Source: Vicugna vicugna (lineage: Eukaryota). Taken from it: 64,000 bases of DNA. The translations under genes and the position numbers were made by a program. This document shows, piece by piece, positions 25,385 through 36,561 of this stretch. Every line of letters begins with the position of its first letter. The first letter of the stretch is position 1. The notes beneath the pieces are model-generated. The model made no database searches and was not told where the DNA came from. It saw nothing but the letters and a program-made list of their open reading frames with translations. The stretch lies in the NCBI GenBank assembly GCA_013265495.1, contig MU058423.1:2061061-2125060 (forward strand). Reading direction: 5' to 3'.

Positions 25385-26499
25385 CTAAAGAGGGCAGACA
25401 GAAAGGAGGCCGAATGAGGGCTGCCTGGGCCTTCCACATGGAGTCGCCTGGGGTCTCCTAGATCCCAGACCTGAGGCATTACTTCCTCAAACCGAAGGGA
25501 GAGTGTCACCAGAGCCAGGGAGTGAGCCTGGTCCTGGGGGCCGGGTACAGGATGCTGGCTTCTCTTTCAGCCTTGGTCAAGAGTCTTTCCCATAGATGGG
25601 ACCACCAATACCCTAAGCAGGGACTCCCCAAATTGGCCCTGTGAGATCAGCCCAAGGAGGGCAGCAGAGTCTGCTTCCTCCATGGGTCTGGCTCAGGCTG
25701 ACACTTGGATGAGCCTGTATTCCCTAGGAGAACGCTTGGCTTGTTGGGGTGAGAGGTGGCACTGCCAGGGTTAAACTGATAGAATGGCTTCCACAGCTGT
25801 CTCCCTGGACTACCTGAAGGCATTTACTCTTATTCACCAGGCATCCAAGCTGGAGTTGATGCCCGAAGGATTCAGAGCCCTTGGCTCTCAGGGCTCACCT
25901 GTGTCTGGGGACAACCCTGAGGAACAGAGGCTCCAATCCAGCTCCCTCTGCTGTGGGCTGAGCCCCAATCCCTGCTCTGTCAGGCAGGCAGCAGCACAGG
26001 TGAAGCTGGGCCCTTGGATCTGAAGGCAGTGGCCAGGAATGCCGTTACCCTGGCTAAGCATTTAGGGTCAGCCTAAGGTATGACTGATGGGACCACAGGT
26101 AAGTGCACATTGAGGAGCCAGCTAGGGACTTGTACATTTTGATATTCTGTTTCCCTTTGAGCCCTGAATGGACCTCAGGGTAGAGCTGAAATTCCCCAGG
26201 GTACTGGCTGGGAGATTTATGTTCAGGGATTGGGAAAGGGGGTACCACTTTGGTCAAGGAGAGGAGGGGAGCCTGATGGGTGCTGTCCCATCAAAGTCTC
26301 TGGAAGACCCAGACCCCTGAATGACCCCAGGGAATGAGCGGCTGATGGGCACCACCACCAAGCCACAGATGAATGCCCCAAATCAAGCACCTCCCCGCAA
26401 GGACGAGTCCCACTTTGCCCCCAGAGCCTAGCCAGGATCTGCTACCTTAGTCTCCTGGCCCACCCACAGCTTCCTAGTGGCCTGGCATCCAATGGCCCC

Positions 26500-26830
26500 T
26501 GCCTACTAGGAATCCCATACCTCCCTCAGGAGCCCGTACCTAACAGTTGGGCTCCTGATCTCCAACCTAACTCCACGTTGCTGTGGGTGAAGCCAATTTC
26601 CTTTTACCTCCTGACTCAGGTAGAAGCAAGCTTTCCTGGGATGGCCCTTCCCATCCTTGAAGGGCAAGATTCAGACCTGCAGGCTCTCCTCTTCCAGGCT
26701 GCAGGTACCAGTTTCTTCCACCTTTCCTTTCCCCGCTCCCAACACTGTCCAGACTGCTCCCTCTTGTCCTCCTTCCATCCCACGTTAAACCCCAAGCCCA
26801 GGACTCAATCTAGCTTGTGCCAAACAGAAG
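26500..26830 (-). mobile_element. Probable CR1/L3 remnant in KCNC4 intron 2
   Basis: ctcctgatctccaacctaa...aagccaatttcc...gcccttc...ttgaag...ctcttccaggctg, similar layout to the 15.4-kb remnant. Confidence 0.4.
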
Positions 26831-27431
26831 GCAGCCTCCCACTGCCATTACGTTATCCCAACTATTAGGCCAAGAGACATTAGATTCAAACGTTTGGAAA
26901 AAAATGATTCATGTGTTGATGGGCCTCAGAAGAACAGCTGCCCTGCTCTCCAGCTAACAATGACAGCGCCTGATATTCGTAAAGTGGTTTTAGCTTCTCA
27001 AAGTGCTCTCACATCCATCATTCGTTTGGGTCTCGTCAAAGTCTGGGTGGTAAGTTATTGATATCATTCTGGTTTTACAGGTAAGGAAGCTATGCCCAGA
27101 GAGGGTGAGTGACTGGCCTCAAAGTGCAAGATGCACTGGCCAAGAAGGGATTAGAAACCCAGACTTCCGATTTACAGCCCCACGCACTGCCCGCAGCAGC
27201 CTAGATTCAGTGGGACACTCACTCCACAGAGCCTGATGCTCAGGAAGCTATCAGAGAATCAGAGCATAGAGATTCAGCCTCAATACTGTGCCCTTGTAAA
27301 GACACACCTTATAGTTAGGGAAGTCCAGAGCAATAAAAGCACAGTTCCAAATTCCAAGGGCTGAGTTTCACCTGGGAACTTCCCTGGCCACTAGGGGAGA
27401 GGTGGCTTTCCCTCCTGACCCCCAATCTCAC

Positions 27432-28368
27432 CTGCCCGTTTCCTCTCAACCACACCCTCTTCTGGGGCTGGGGGGCTGGCATCACTGTAGGTGCTGTCCC
27501 TGGGTGAGGTCTCCTGCGACTTGCAGTAAATGGGAGACTCCAGCTGAGGCGGCTGAGGCACGTGCTTCTTCCGTTTCTTGGGCAGCTTCTGCTTGGCCAT
27601 GGCCAGGGAGTAGTACATGCCGAAGTTGTTGACAATGACAGGCACGGGCATGGCAATGGTGAGCACGCCTGCCAGTGCACACAGCGCCCCCACCAGCATG
27701 CCGGACCACGTCTTGGGGCACATGTCCCCGTAGCCCAGCGTCGTCATGGTGACCACGGCCCACCAGAAGCCGATGGGGATGTTCTTGAAGTCAGTGTGGT
27801 CATTGCCCCGAGGGTCAGAGGGCCTGGCGCCAATGCGCTCAGCATAGTAGATCATGGTGGCAAAGATGAGCACGCCCAGGGCCAGGAAAATGATAAGCAG
27901 CAGGAACTCATTGGTGCTGGCGCGCAGGGTGTGGCCCAGCACCCGCAGCCCCACGAAATGGCGCGTTAGCTTGAAGATGCGCAGGATGCGCACAAAGCGC
28001 ACGACGCGCAGGAAACCCAGCACATCGCGAGCCGCCTTGGACGACAGGCCGCTCAGCCCCACCTCCAGGTAGAAGGGCAGAATGGCCACAAAGTCAATGA
28101 TGTTGAGCAGGTTCTTGACGAAGTCCAGCGTGTCGGGGCAGCACACGATGCGCACCAGGAACTCGAGCGTGAACCACAGCACGCACACGCCCTCGATGTA
28201 GGTCAGAATGGGCTCCGTCTCCACCTCCCGCCGGAAGCGCACGCTGGTGGTATTCCCCACTCGGTGGATCTCCGTCACGTTGCGGTCGATGTTGAAGGCC
28301 TCGTGGGTCTCCAGGCAGAAGGTGGTGATGGAGACCAGGATGAAGAAGAGAGAGGCAAAGGCCACCAC
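27432..28368 (-). CDS. KCNC4: KCNC4 coding exon 2: S1-S6, voltage sensor, pore and proximal C-terminus (937 nt)
   Basis: Acceptor cccatAG|GTGGTG; S4 [18 protein letters not shown], pore [18 protein letters not shown]6 PVPVIVNNF; donor GCAG|GTGAGA at 27431, phase 1. Confidence 0.98.
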
Positions 28369-28697
28369 CTATGGGTGGGTAGGAGAGTGAGGTCAGAAGG
28401 GGTGGATGCCCTAAGCAGGGACAGGGCACTCTGCTTGTGGAGTGAGGGGGAGGGGTCACCAGGCAGTGTGTTAGATGGCACAAGATGGGATTAAGGTGAA
28501 CAGTCAGGGGCTGGAATTCCTTCCTCAGAGGGTCTTTATCCAAGTGCTTGCTTGCTTTAAGGCAATACCTCCGAATCCTTGTTACCATGCACAGAAGTTA
28601 GAGGCTGCTCTTGGCTGGAAGGAACTGAACAGAGAACAGGGCTGCCCAGCTCTGCATACTGCCTAGCTCTGCCCACCTCTAACCTAATCATGCTTTG

Positions 28698-29042
28698 AGG
28701 CTTCTCAAATTGTAAAGGTTGCTTAAATCATCTGAGAACCTTGTTAAAACCCCATTCTGACTCAGGAGGTCTGGGGCAGGGCCTGTGATTCTGCATTTCT
28801 TACAAGTTCTCAGGTGAGGCTGCTTGTCCACAGACCATACCTGGAGTAAGCAGGCTTTAAGGCAGTGTTCCTCAAAGTGAGAGCAGGGACCAGCAGCATC
28901 AACCGGGAACTAGTTAGAAATGTAAATCCTCAGGCCCCATCCAAACCTACTGAATGAGAATTGCTGGGGGAGGGGGTCCAGCAAAGTTTCAACAGTCCTT
29001 CCAGGTAATTCTGATACACACCAAACTGTGAGGGCCACTGCA
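28698..29042. mobile_element. Two adjacent MER5-family (hAT-Charlie) elements in KCNC4 intron 1
   Basis: ctgactcaggaggtctggggcagggcctgtgattctgcatttc; cagtgttcctcaaagtg...ccagcagcatc...gttagaaatg...ggtaattctgat...ccactg. Confidence 0.7.
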
Positions 29043-32000
29043 CTACGGGACATGCCTGGAGGCAGGGGGTTGGCTTTCTGCCTATTAAGCTCCAGCCATG
29101 ACCTACCTCCTCAAGCCCCAAATCCCAGCCCCTCTCTCCTGTCTCTCACCCTAGGATGTCCCAGCTCACTACCCAGACAGTGAGAAGCAAAAGAAGGAAG
29201 AAAACACGCTCCATGGAAGGAGACGAGATGGTCTGCCCAGAATACTTCACTTCCCGAGAACTGACATTTCCTGGGACACTGAGCGCCAACAAAAAATACA
29301 CTGCACCCACTGGGATCAGAGCGTGACAGCAGTTAATCCAAACAGCTGCTGGGATCTCGGCTAGAATGATGACATCGGCTCTCAGCAGAGAAACGGCTGG
29401 GTTTAAGTGTCCAATCATTATGAATGGAGATGAAATGCATGTGTAATAACACCAATTACGGAGCCTTCATCTGCTATTCATGCGATGCCATTTACCACTG
29501 TCAGGGTACCCGTTGCTGGGGTCCACGCTCCCTGCTGCTGCCTGTCCTGATTGGTGGGTGTGGGTGGGCTTCCTCCCTGAGCAGAGGGCTGAGCTTAAAT
29601 AGGTAGATGAGGGAGGACTTTGGCCCCATGACCACTTGGCAATCCCCACACCTGCCCCACTCTGATCTCCACCTGGCTATGGCACTACCCCCACCTAGTG
29701 ATACCTCTCAGAGAGGCTTTCTTCCCTGGGAGCCTGCACCGAGAGGGGTGGGGTGGGAGGGCACACATTGTTCTGAGTATGGCAAAACCCCAATGGAGAA
29801 TATGGGGGATCCAGAAAAATGAAGCAAGAAGTAGCACTTCCAAGGGCTTCTGGAGCAGGAGCAAGTCTGAGGAGGGAACTTTGGGATGAACATTCATTAG
29901 CTGTCTATTCTGTGCCTGGCACACTTGGGCATTCTGTATATGTTATTACCTTTAGTTCTTCCTGTGAGGTAGTCCTCATCAGCCCATTCTCTAAAGGAGG
30001 AACTGAGGATCAGAGAGGTTATATGCTTGCCTAAGGTCACACAGTCTGGAACAAGTACAAATCAGACTTCAACTCAGGCACTGTTTAACTTCAGGGGCTG
30101 TACCTTCTCTTCATACCTCGGAGGCAGGGTCAATTCATAGACCCAGGAAAGTCTCTGAATTATCAATACTGCTCCCAGCCAGCTCCCTGATGACTATTTC
30201 ACCCTTAGGAACGGGTACCTTTAGCTTGGGACAGACACCACACACTAAGGCTTATCTTATTTACACTTGGACATGAGCAGGTTGATCAGATACAGCAAGT
30301 TAGGAGAAGCAGGGTAGGAGACCAGACACACATTCCCACTTGACAGCTTTGACTGGAGCCTCTCCTGCCTGCTTCTCCCCTGTGAAGGTGAATTTCAAGT
30401 TCCTTTTCTGGTTTCAGTTTTCTTCCCCTGAGACATGGACTGTCAAGACAATACAGGCTGATATGAGCATTAGGCAAGCGCTCCAGCCTATGGGCTCTCC
30501 ACGGCCATCCAGAGACGAGCTGGTAGAGGTGCCTGTCCGGTGGCTGTGGTGATGTCGGAACTCCGAGCCCGGAAGCAGAGGGGGTTGGGGTAAGGGGTGG
30601 GGTCAGCACATCTCAGCCCTGCCAGTAAGCCTGGGAAGCAGAAGCTTGCTCTCTCCGTAGAGAAGTTAGCCAGGAGAGTTGATCCACCTGGGAGCCCAGC
30701 GTGAAGTTAATTAGTGATTTGGAAAAACAAGTTCAGGAAGAGCTACCAAGGGGCTGAGCAAAGGATTCAGAGAGGAGGAGGTGGAGGGAGGGCTGCGTGG
30801 CCAGGCCATTCTCTCACCCGCAGGGCCAAGGTGCATTCCTCAACTCCACCCCACAGGCTCCTGCAGCAGGCCCAGTGAGTGCAAACTACCCCTCCTGCAT
30901 AGGGAATGACCCCCTGAATTCCTGCCGTGTCACTTTTTTTTTTTAACCCAGAACCATCCCATCTATTTACTTCAACCCCTCACCGTCAACCTCTCAAAGG
31001 ATGAGGACAGATAACTGAAAGCCAGATGTGCCCATCTCTCAGGGGCAACAGAGGCACAAGAGAAGGCAAATGTCTCGCTCAGGATCAAACTGAGGCCAGG
31101 TCTCCTGACTCTCAGCTCAGAGATCTTTCCTCTTGGCCCCTCCCACCAAATAGGTGGGGACAATCCACTCCTCTTCTCTGAAACCTATATGGGGTCTCAG
31201 CCTCCCTTATGGCCCCGCCAGGGCTGGCAGTGCAGGCCCCAGGAAACCCTTACTCCCCGAGGACACAGGCAGACCTGAGGCCAAGCCATGGTAGATGCAG
31301 GGACCTGTGCTCTGGCAGGCTGTCCCCAGTGGGTCCCAAGTTTACATGTCTCCCTTCAAGGCCCAAATTATTCTGTAAGTGGTGGCTCTGCTGCACTCAG
31401 TGCCTTTCACCAGACCTTTTCCTTCTAGTGGCAGGGACATTACTTTCCTTCTTATAATCCTTGACTGGGATGTAAATGGACCAGGGAGGAAGCAGCAGCT
31501 GCACTGACCCCGCCCTTAGAGGTCAAGGCCTCACAGTTGAGCCTCCTATTCAGCCCCCACCGGGCCATCCTGCGCAGCTGGCAGTGCTCATCAGAGCTTG
31601 TCCCATAGGCCGTGTCACACATGGGTGGTGTCGCCACAGGGAGGCCAAAGGAGAGCGACAGCGCCCTGGGGTCAGACTGCCTGGGTGCCTCCTTCTGGCA
31701 CCACCATTCACCCAGGGAAAGGGTGCGCTCTGTGCCTGTTTCCTTGCTACAAAACGGGACAGTGCTAGTGCTCCCTAGTAGTACTACTGTAGGATTAAAC
31801 TAGTTTCTATATGGTAAGTGCCTGGCGCACAGTAAGTGCTCAGAAAACGATGACAGAGTTGAGGAGGCGAGCGGACCTCTGTGAACACCTGCACGCAGCT
31901 TCTGAGGGTGAGCTGGATCTGGAGCCCAAAACATCACAGACTTGGAAGGTCATCGAGTTCAACTCCCTTTCTTCTGTCTTACAGACGATGGAACTGAGGC

Positions 32001-35000
32001 CTGGGGAGAGGCGACTTGCCTGGGTCCCATGGCAGAAGCTGCCTGTTCTTTCCACTGCGTGAGGACACAGGGCATGGATTCTGCCGGAAGTCAAAACCGC
32101 CCAAGCGGAAAACCGCTGGTGTGAACTGCTCTGGCCAGCAGCAGCTCCTCTCCTGCCGGCTGGGAGGATGCAGGAGGGTCTCACCACCCTGGACAGGAGG
32201 TTCCTGGCCTCTGGGAAGGAGAGCGCCGCTCGTTTGAGCTTCCTGCTCCCTTGGGCCCCTCACACTGGCTGGCTGTGAGTCACCTGTCCCCAGATGATTC
32301 AGCCGGCGGGCCAGCCCTGTGGCCAGTCTCCTTCACCGAGCTCATCTTTCTGACTGTCTTTGGCAGAAATGTAAATCACACTTTTGGGTGCGAATCGGGC
32401 TCTGCTACTTACTGCCCAGGAGACCTTGGGCAAATTTCTTAACCTCTCTGAGCCTTAGGATCTTTGTTCATAAAATGGAAAACTTAGCACCTACTATGTG
32501 CCAGACACTGTTCTGGGTGCTGCAGAATAGCAGGAAACAAAACACCCCTGCCCCTTAGACCCTACCTTCCGGTAGGAGGGGACTGTCAGCAAATAAACAA
32601 GTAAAATATATATTATGTCAGATGGCATAAGCATTAGGGAGAAAAACAAAGAGAAAAGCGGGTTAAGAAGTGTGAGGTGAGGGAGCTATTTCAAACTGCG
32701 TGGTCAGGCAGGGCCTCAATGCCAAGGTGACATCGAAGCCGAGACCTGAAGGAGTGAGGGAGTGAGTTCTGTGAAGATGCAGAGGAACTCCAGAGGCAGC
32801 AGGAATAGGCAGCGCAAAGGCCTAGGCTATAGCATGCTTGATGTGTTGAGGGGATGAGAGTAGCCCCTACCTTAGGGCTGTCTTGAGGATTAAAAGAAAT
32901 GATATTTGTAAAACTCAGCACAGAGCCTAGAGTGTCTCAGAAATCTGGCACAGGCTGGGTTGGGGGGGTGGGGAGGAGGTGACAGACACCAGTCACTGGG
33001 AACTGAATACAATCAGCAGGGGAGGGGGGCCCAAGGAGGAAGGGCCAAGGAGACAGATGGACAGATAAACACAAGAAGACTCATGCCCAAAAACCTATAT
33101 TAAGGATGAAGTGTAGGAGAAGAGAAATTTGAGAACACAGCCAAAGACTTTTGCAGAGGAAGATCTGAGGGGATGGGATGAGGAGCTGAGCCTTCTGGGG
33201 AAGCGAGATCCTAGTGCCCAGGCGGTGCTGGAAAGGGAGTGGGCAGCCCCGGGGGCTGAGAGGCAGGAAAGGAGAGGGAGTCTGCCAGGCAAGGCATCTC
33301 TGAGCTGTCCCTGGGCTCCCGGGCAAGGGCCTGTACTGTGATGCCCTGGTCCCAGCTGAGGGACCACCGCTCCTCTCCCCTCTTGGGAGAACCTGGCCCT
33401 GGACCTTTCATCCTGAGCCAGGACCCTCTGGGGCCTCTCAGGGCTACTGGGCTGCCTCAAGCCCACGAGTCGCAGGCCCAGAAGGAATTCAGTCCAGATC
33501 ACTAGCCAATAACTTATCCAGCCAAATGCAATTCCTGGTTGCTGCCCATTCATGTCCCATGCTGTCCTATCTCTGCTCGGACTGGTCCCCTGGCGAGGAA
33601 AATTCCCTTCTTCCCTAACTCTGTATGGTTAAGCACTACCCACATTAAATATTTATTTATTTATGTATTTATTTATAACCTGCCTCCTTCTAAAAATTAT
33701 TTGAGGGAGCGAAGTCATTATCTAGTAGGGCCTACCCAGCATAATTTCTATTTCCTCCTTGAAGCTTCCTGGCACACCAACCCCGTCCTCCAAAAAAAAA
33801 AAACCCTCGTCCCATACAGAGGTGGGCTTTATCACTCTCTTTCCCCTCTCATCTCCTATTGAACTTTATTTTTTAAGACTACTGGGGCACGTCTCATGAC
33901 CTATCTTGTCACCCTATCTTATTACCCTTTCTTGTCACCCAGTTTTCCCCGACTGCCACCTGCTCCACCTGACCTGGCTCTCTTCAGGAGCAGGGACCAC
34001 CTCTAACTCATCTTGATATTTATAGAGGCCAGCCTAGTGGCTGGCATGTAGTCAGTGCTCAATAAATGTTTTCTGAATGACAGAAGCCAAGGTGAACTGC
34101 CTGCTCCCTCTCCTGGTCCTAGGGAGCCTGTCACAAGGGCAGATCATCAGCCACACCAACTGGGACTAGAGGTGACAAAGGGATGCCCGCCCTGGAGTCC
34201 CCCAGGCACCAGGGCTCTCAGACTCTGCGGCTCCCCAGGGTGGGCCAAGCCTTCTGCCTGGTGGGGACTCTTGCCAGGGGCTGGTAACCTTCACCCAGCC
34301 CAAAAAGAACCCCAGCAGGGAGCTGGGCCGGGTCGTGGCAGGCTGGCTGCCCAGAAACAAAGATCGCACGAGTGCCCTGATGCCCAGCATCCCAGGCCGA
34401 CACTGACCATGGGCAGAGATGAGGGCTCTGGGCGCTCCGCGTTCCCAAGGCCCAGCTGCCTGACCCTGCTCCTGCCTGCTCTTCCCCCAACTCTCCAAAA
34501 TAGTCCAGGTTTATTTTATCCCTCCCCCCATTTACACCCTACCCCAAACGGTGACAAACAGAAACACCTCATCATCCAGAGACAAGAAGTTCGGAGACAA
34601 ATGTTGGTCTGTTCAGAACAAGAGAGGAAAACAGAAAACAAACCTGGGAGGAGACTGAGAGGCTGCCTCAGGGCAGGGTCAGGGGGAGGCCTGCAGCGCT
34701 TGGCCTGACATTGCTCCTGCTCCCAGGAAGGAGGTGGCGGAGAGGCCCGAGGGCATGCTGACACTGCCCTGCTGCTGCGGAAGCCGGGGCACCCAGCCTC
34801 CTGGGCTCAGGTTCCCGGCCCTTTCTCACCCAGAGGGCGCAGGACCACGAATCCTGGCCCTCACTCATGGACAGGCTTGTCCCAAACACCCAGGCTGGAG
34901 AAGCTGGGACCTTCAGAAGGAGTGAGCAGGCAGCGAGCTCGGCATTTCCTTCCTAGAAGGCCTCAGTTTCAGTCCTCTGCCTGGGCCAGGCAACACCTAG

Positions 35001-36433
35001 TCTCCTCTCACAGCCAAGCCTCCTTTCCTTTTGTCCTACGAGAGCCTCACAGTGGGGGAAATACAGAGCAAGCAGGCTCAGGTGTAAGCAATTCTGGGGG
35101 GCAAGGAGACGGGGGCTTTAGTTTTGGAGGAAGAAGTGAAGGAGAGCTGGGCGGAGAGCAGAAGCCCCCCCCAGCCCCCGCCCCAGCCGTCCTGAAGTCA
35201 GAGGCCATTCCAGGCAGAAGCCACAGGGGGCAGCTGAAGCAACAGTACCACACAGACATGGATGCACAAGATCTGGGCTTGGATTCTAGTTCTACTACCA
35301 GCTGTGTGATCCTGAGCAAGGCCTCTGTCTCCTCTGTAAACTGAGGTTAATAATCCCTGCCTCCCATGGGTCAGAGATTAGAAAAAAGCGCAGGCGACAG
35401 CACTTGAGAGTGAATGCCCAATCAATGCGAAACTCCAGCTCCAGCTGCCTTCCTGGGGCAGAGGGATCCTGTGGGATCACTTCCTCTACTCAGAAGGGAA
35501 ACATCATGAGAAAACTCAGTCCAGGTACTGATTTAGCCAAAGGAGGACTACCATCCTTAATAGAGCTGAAAACTGGGCTAAAGCCAGCTCAGTCCCTGGG
35601 ACCTCTGGAGACTGAGGATGAGGGCAAGTGTCCCAGGGCCCATTCATCAGGCCTCCTGTCTGCCCTCAGGAGGAAGGCCTGATTCTTGAGCTCAGGATGC
35701 TGCCCAAACCCCGACTGGTCTCCTTCAGTCCAGGAAGCCATCTTCGCTGTTGCTGAACCCTGACTTTGCCTGGGCCATGTGCAGTGGGCAGATGGGGACA
35801 AGACCAGTCTGCCCCTCGTGCTTGCTCCCAGGTCAGGCTACAGAAACAGAACCACAGCAGCAGCAGTCCATGGGCCCAGCCACAATGAAGGAGCAGGGGT
35901 GAGCACCCCAAGGCAGGGCCTCCCCTAATGGGAATGGCTCTGCAGGCCAGGCCGGTAGCTAGGCAACAGGCTCCCATCATCAGCTCAGTTCACTTTCTGT
36001 TCGTATCAGTTTGGCTCCTGTCATAACGCACTACTCAAATGACCAGCTGCTGTATGCAAAGAGATGCCCAGGGCAGCGCACTGCTCCTCTGCCCTTCCTG
36101 GCCCTCAGTGAGCACCCAAAGCCCACCGCAGTGCTGTGGGCCCCCTCCAGGGAGGCAGCAGGAGGAGGCCCCAAGGGAGGGAGGAAAGGTGTGCACACAG
36201 ACCCAGGGGACAGTGCTAGGTATGGGGGTGGGGAGGGATTACTGGCCTAGGGTAAACAAAGCAAGGAGGGCACAGCGCCAGAACCCCTGCACTTCAGACC
36301 CTCAGGCCTGAAGGCGTAACAGAGTAAGTGTCCCTTCTGATGTCCCCATCCGCCCTTGGGTTTTCTGATGTCATCCATGGGAGGCACAGAACCTCAGAAC
36401 ACCTCGTAGACCAGAGTAAGAAACAAGCCACCA

Positions 36434-36561
36434 GAGGGACAGGGTATAAACTCAGTGGGAGAGCGCATGTTTGGCATGCACACTGTCCTGGGTTCAGTCC
36501 CCAGTACCTCCGTTAAGGTACCTCTCCACCTCAAAAACAGTACCTCTCCACCTCAAAAACA
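36434..36561 (+). mobile_element. tRNA-Ala-derived short SINE, Vic-1-like (camelid)
   Basis: gggtataaactcagtgggagagcgcatgtttggcatgcac...ctgggttcagtccccagtacctcc, degenerate A and B boxes, tacctc...aaaaa tail. Confidence 0.75.

Noticed and set aside
27562..28072. Antisense and alternate-frame ORFs over KCNC4 exon 2 and the SLC6A17 exons
   Set aside because: Shadows of high-GC3 coding sequence
34055..34708. 217-aa + strand ORF in KCNC4 intron 1; likewise 48659-49336, 14561-15118, 23296-23856
   Set aside because: No recognisable domain or exon structure; chance ORFs in GC-rich non-coding DNA, one starting in an L2 tail
36434..36512. Possible tRNA-Ala gene
   Set aside because: A and B boxes and stems are degenerate, no T-run terminator, followed by a SINE-type tail
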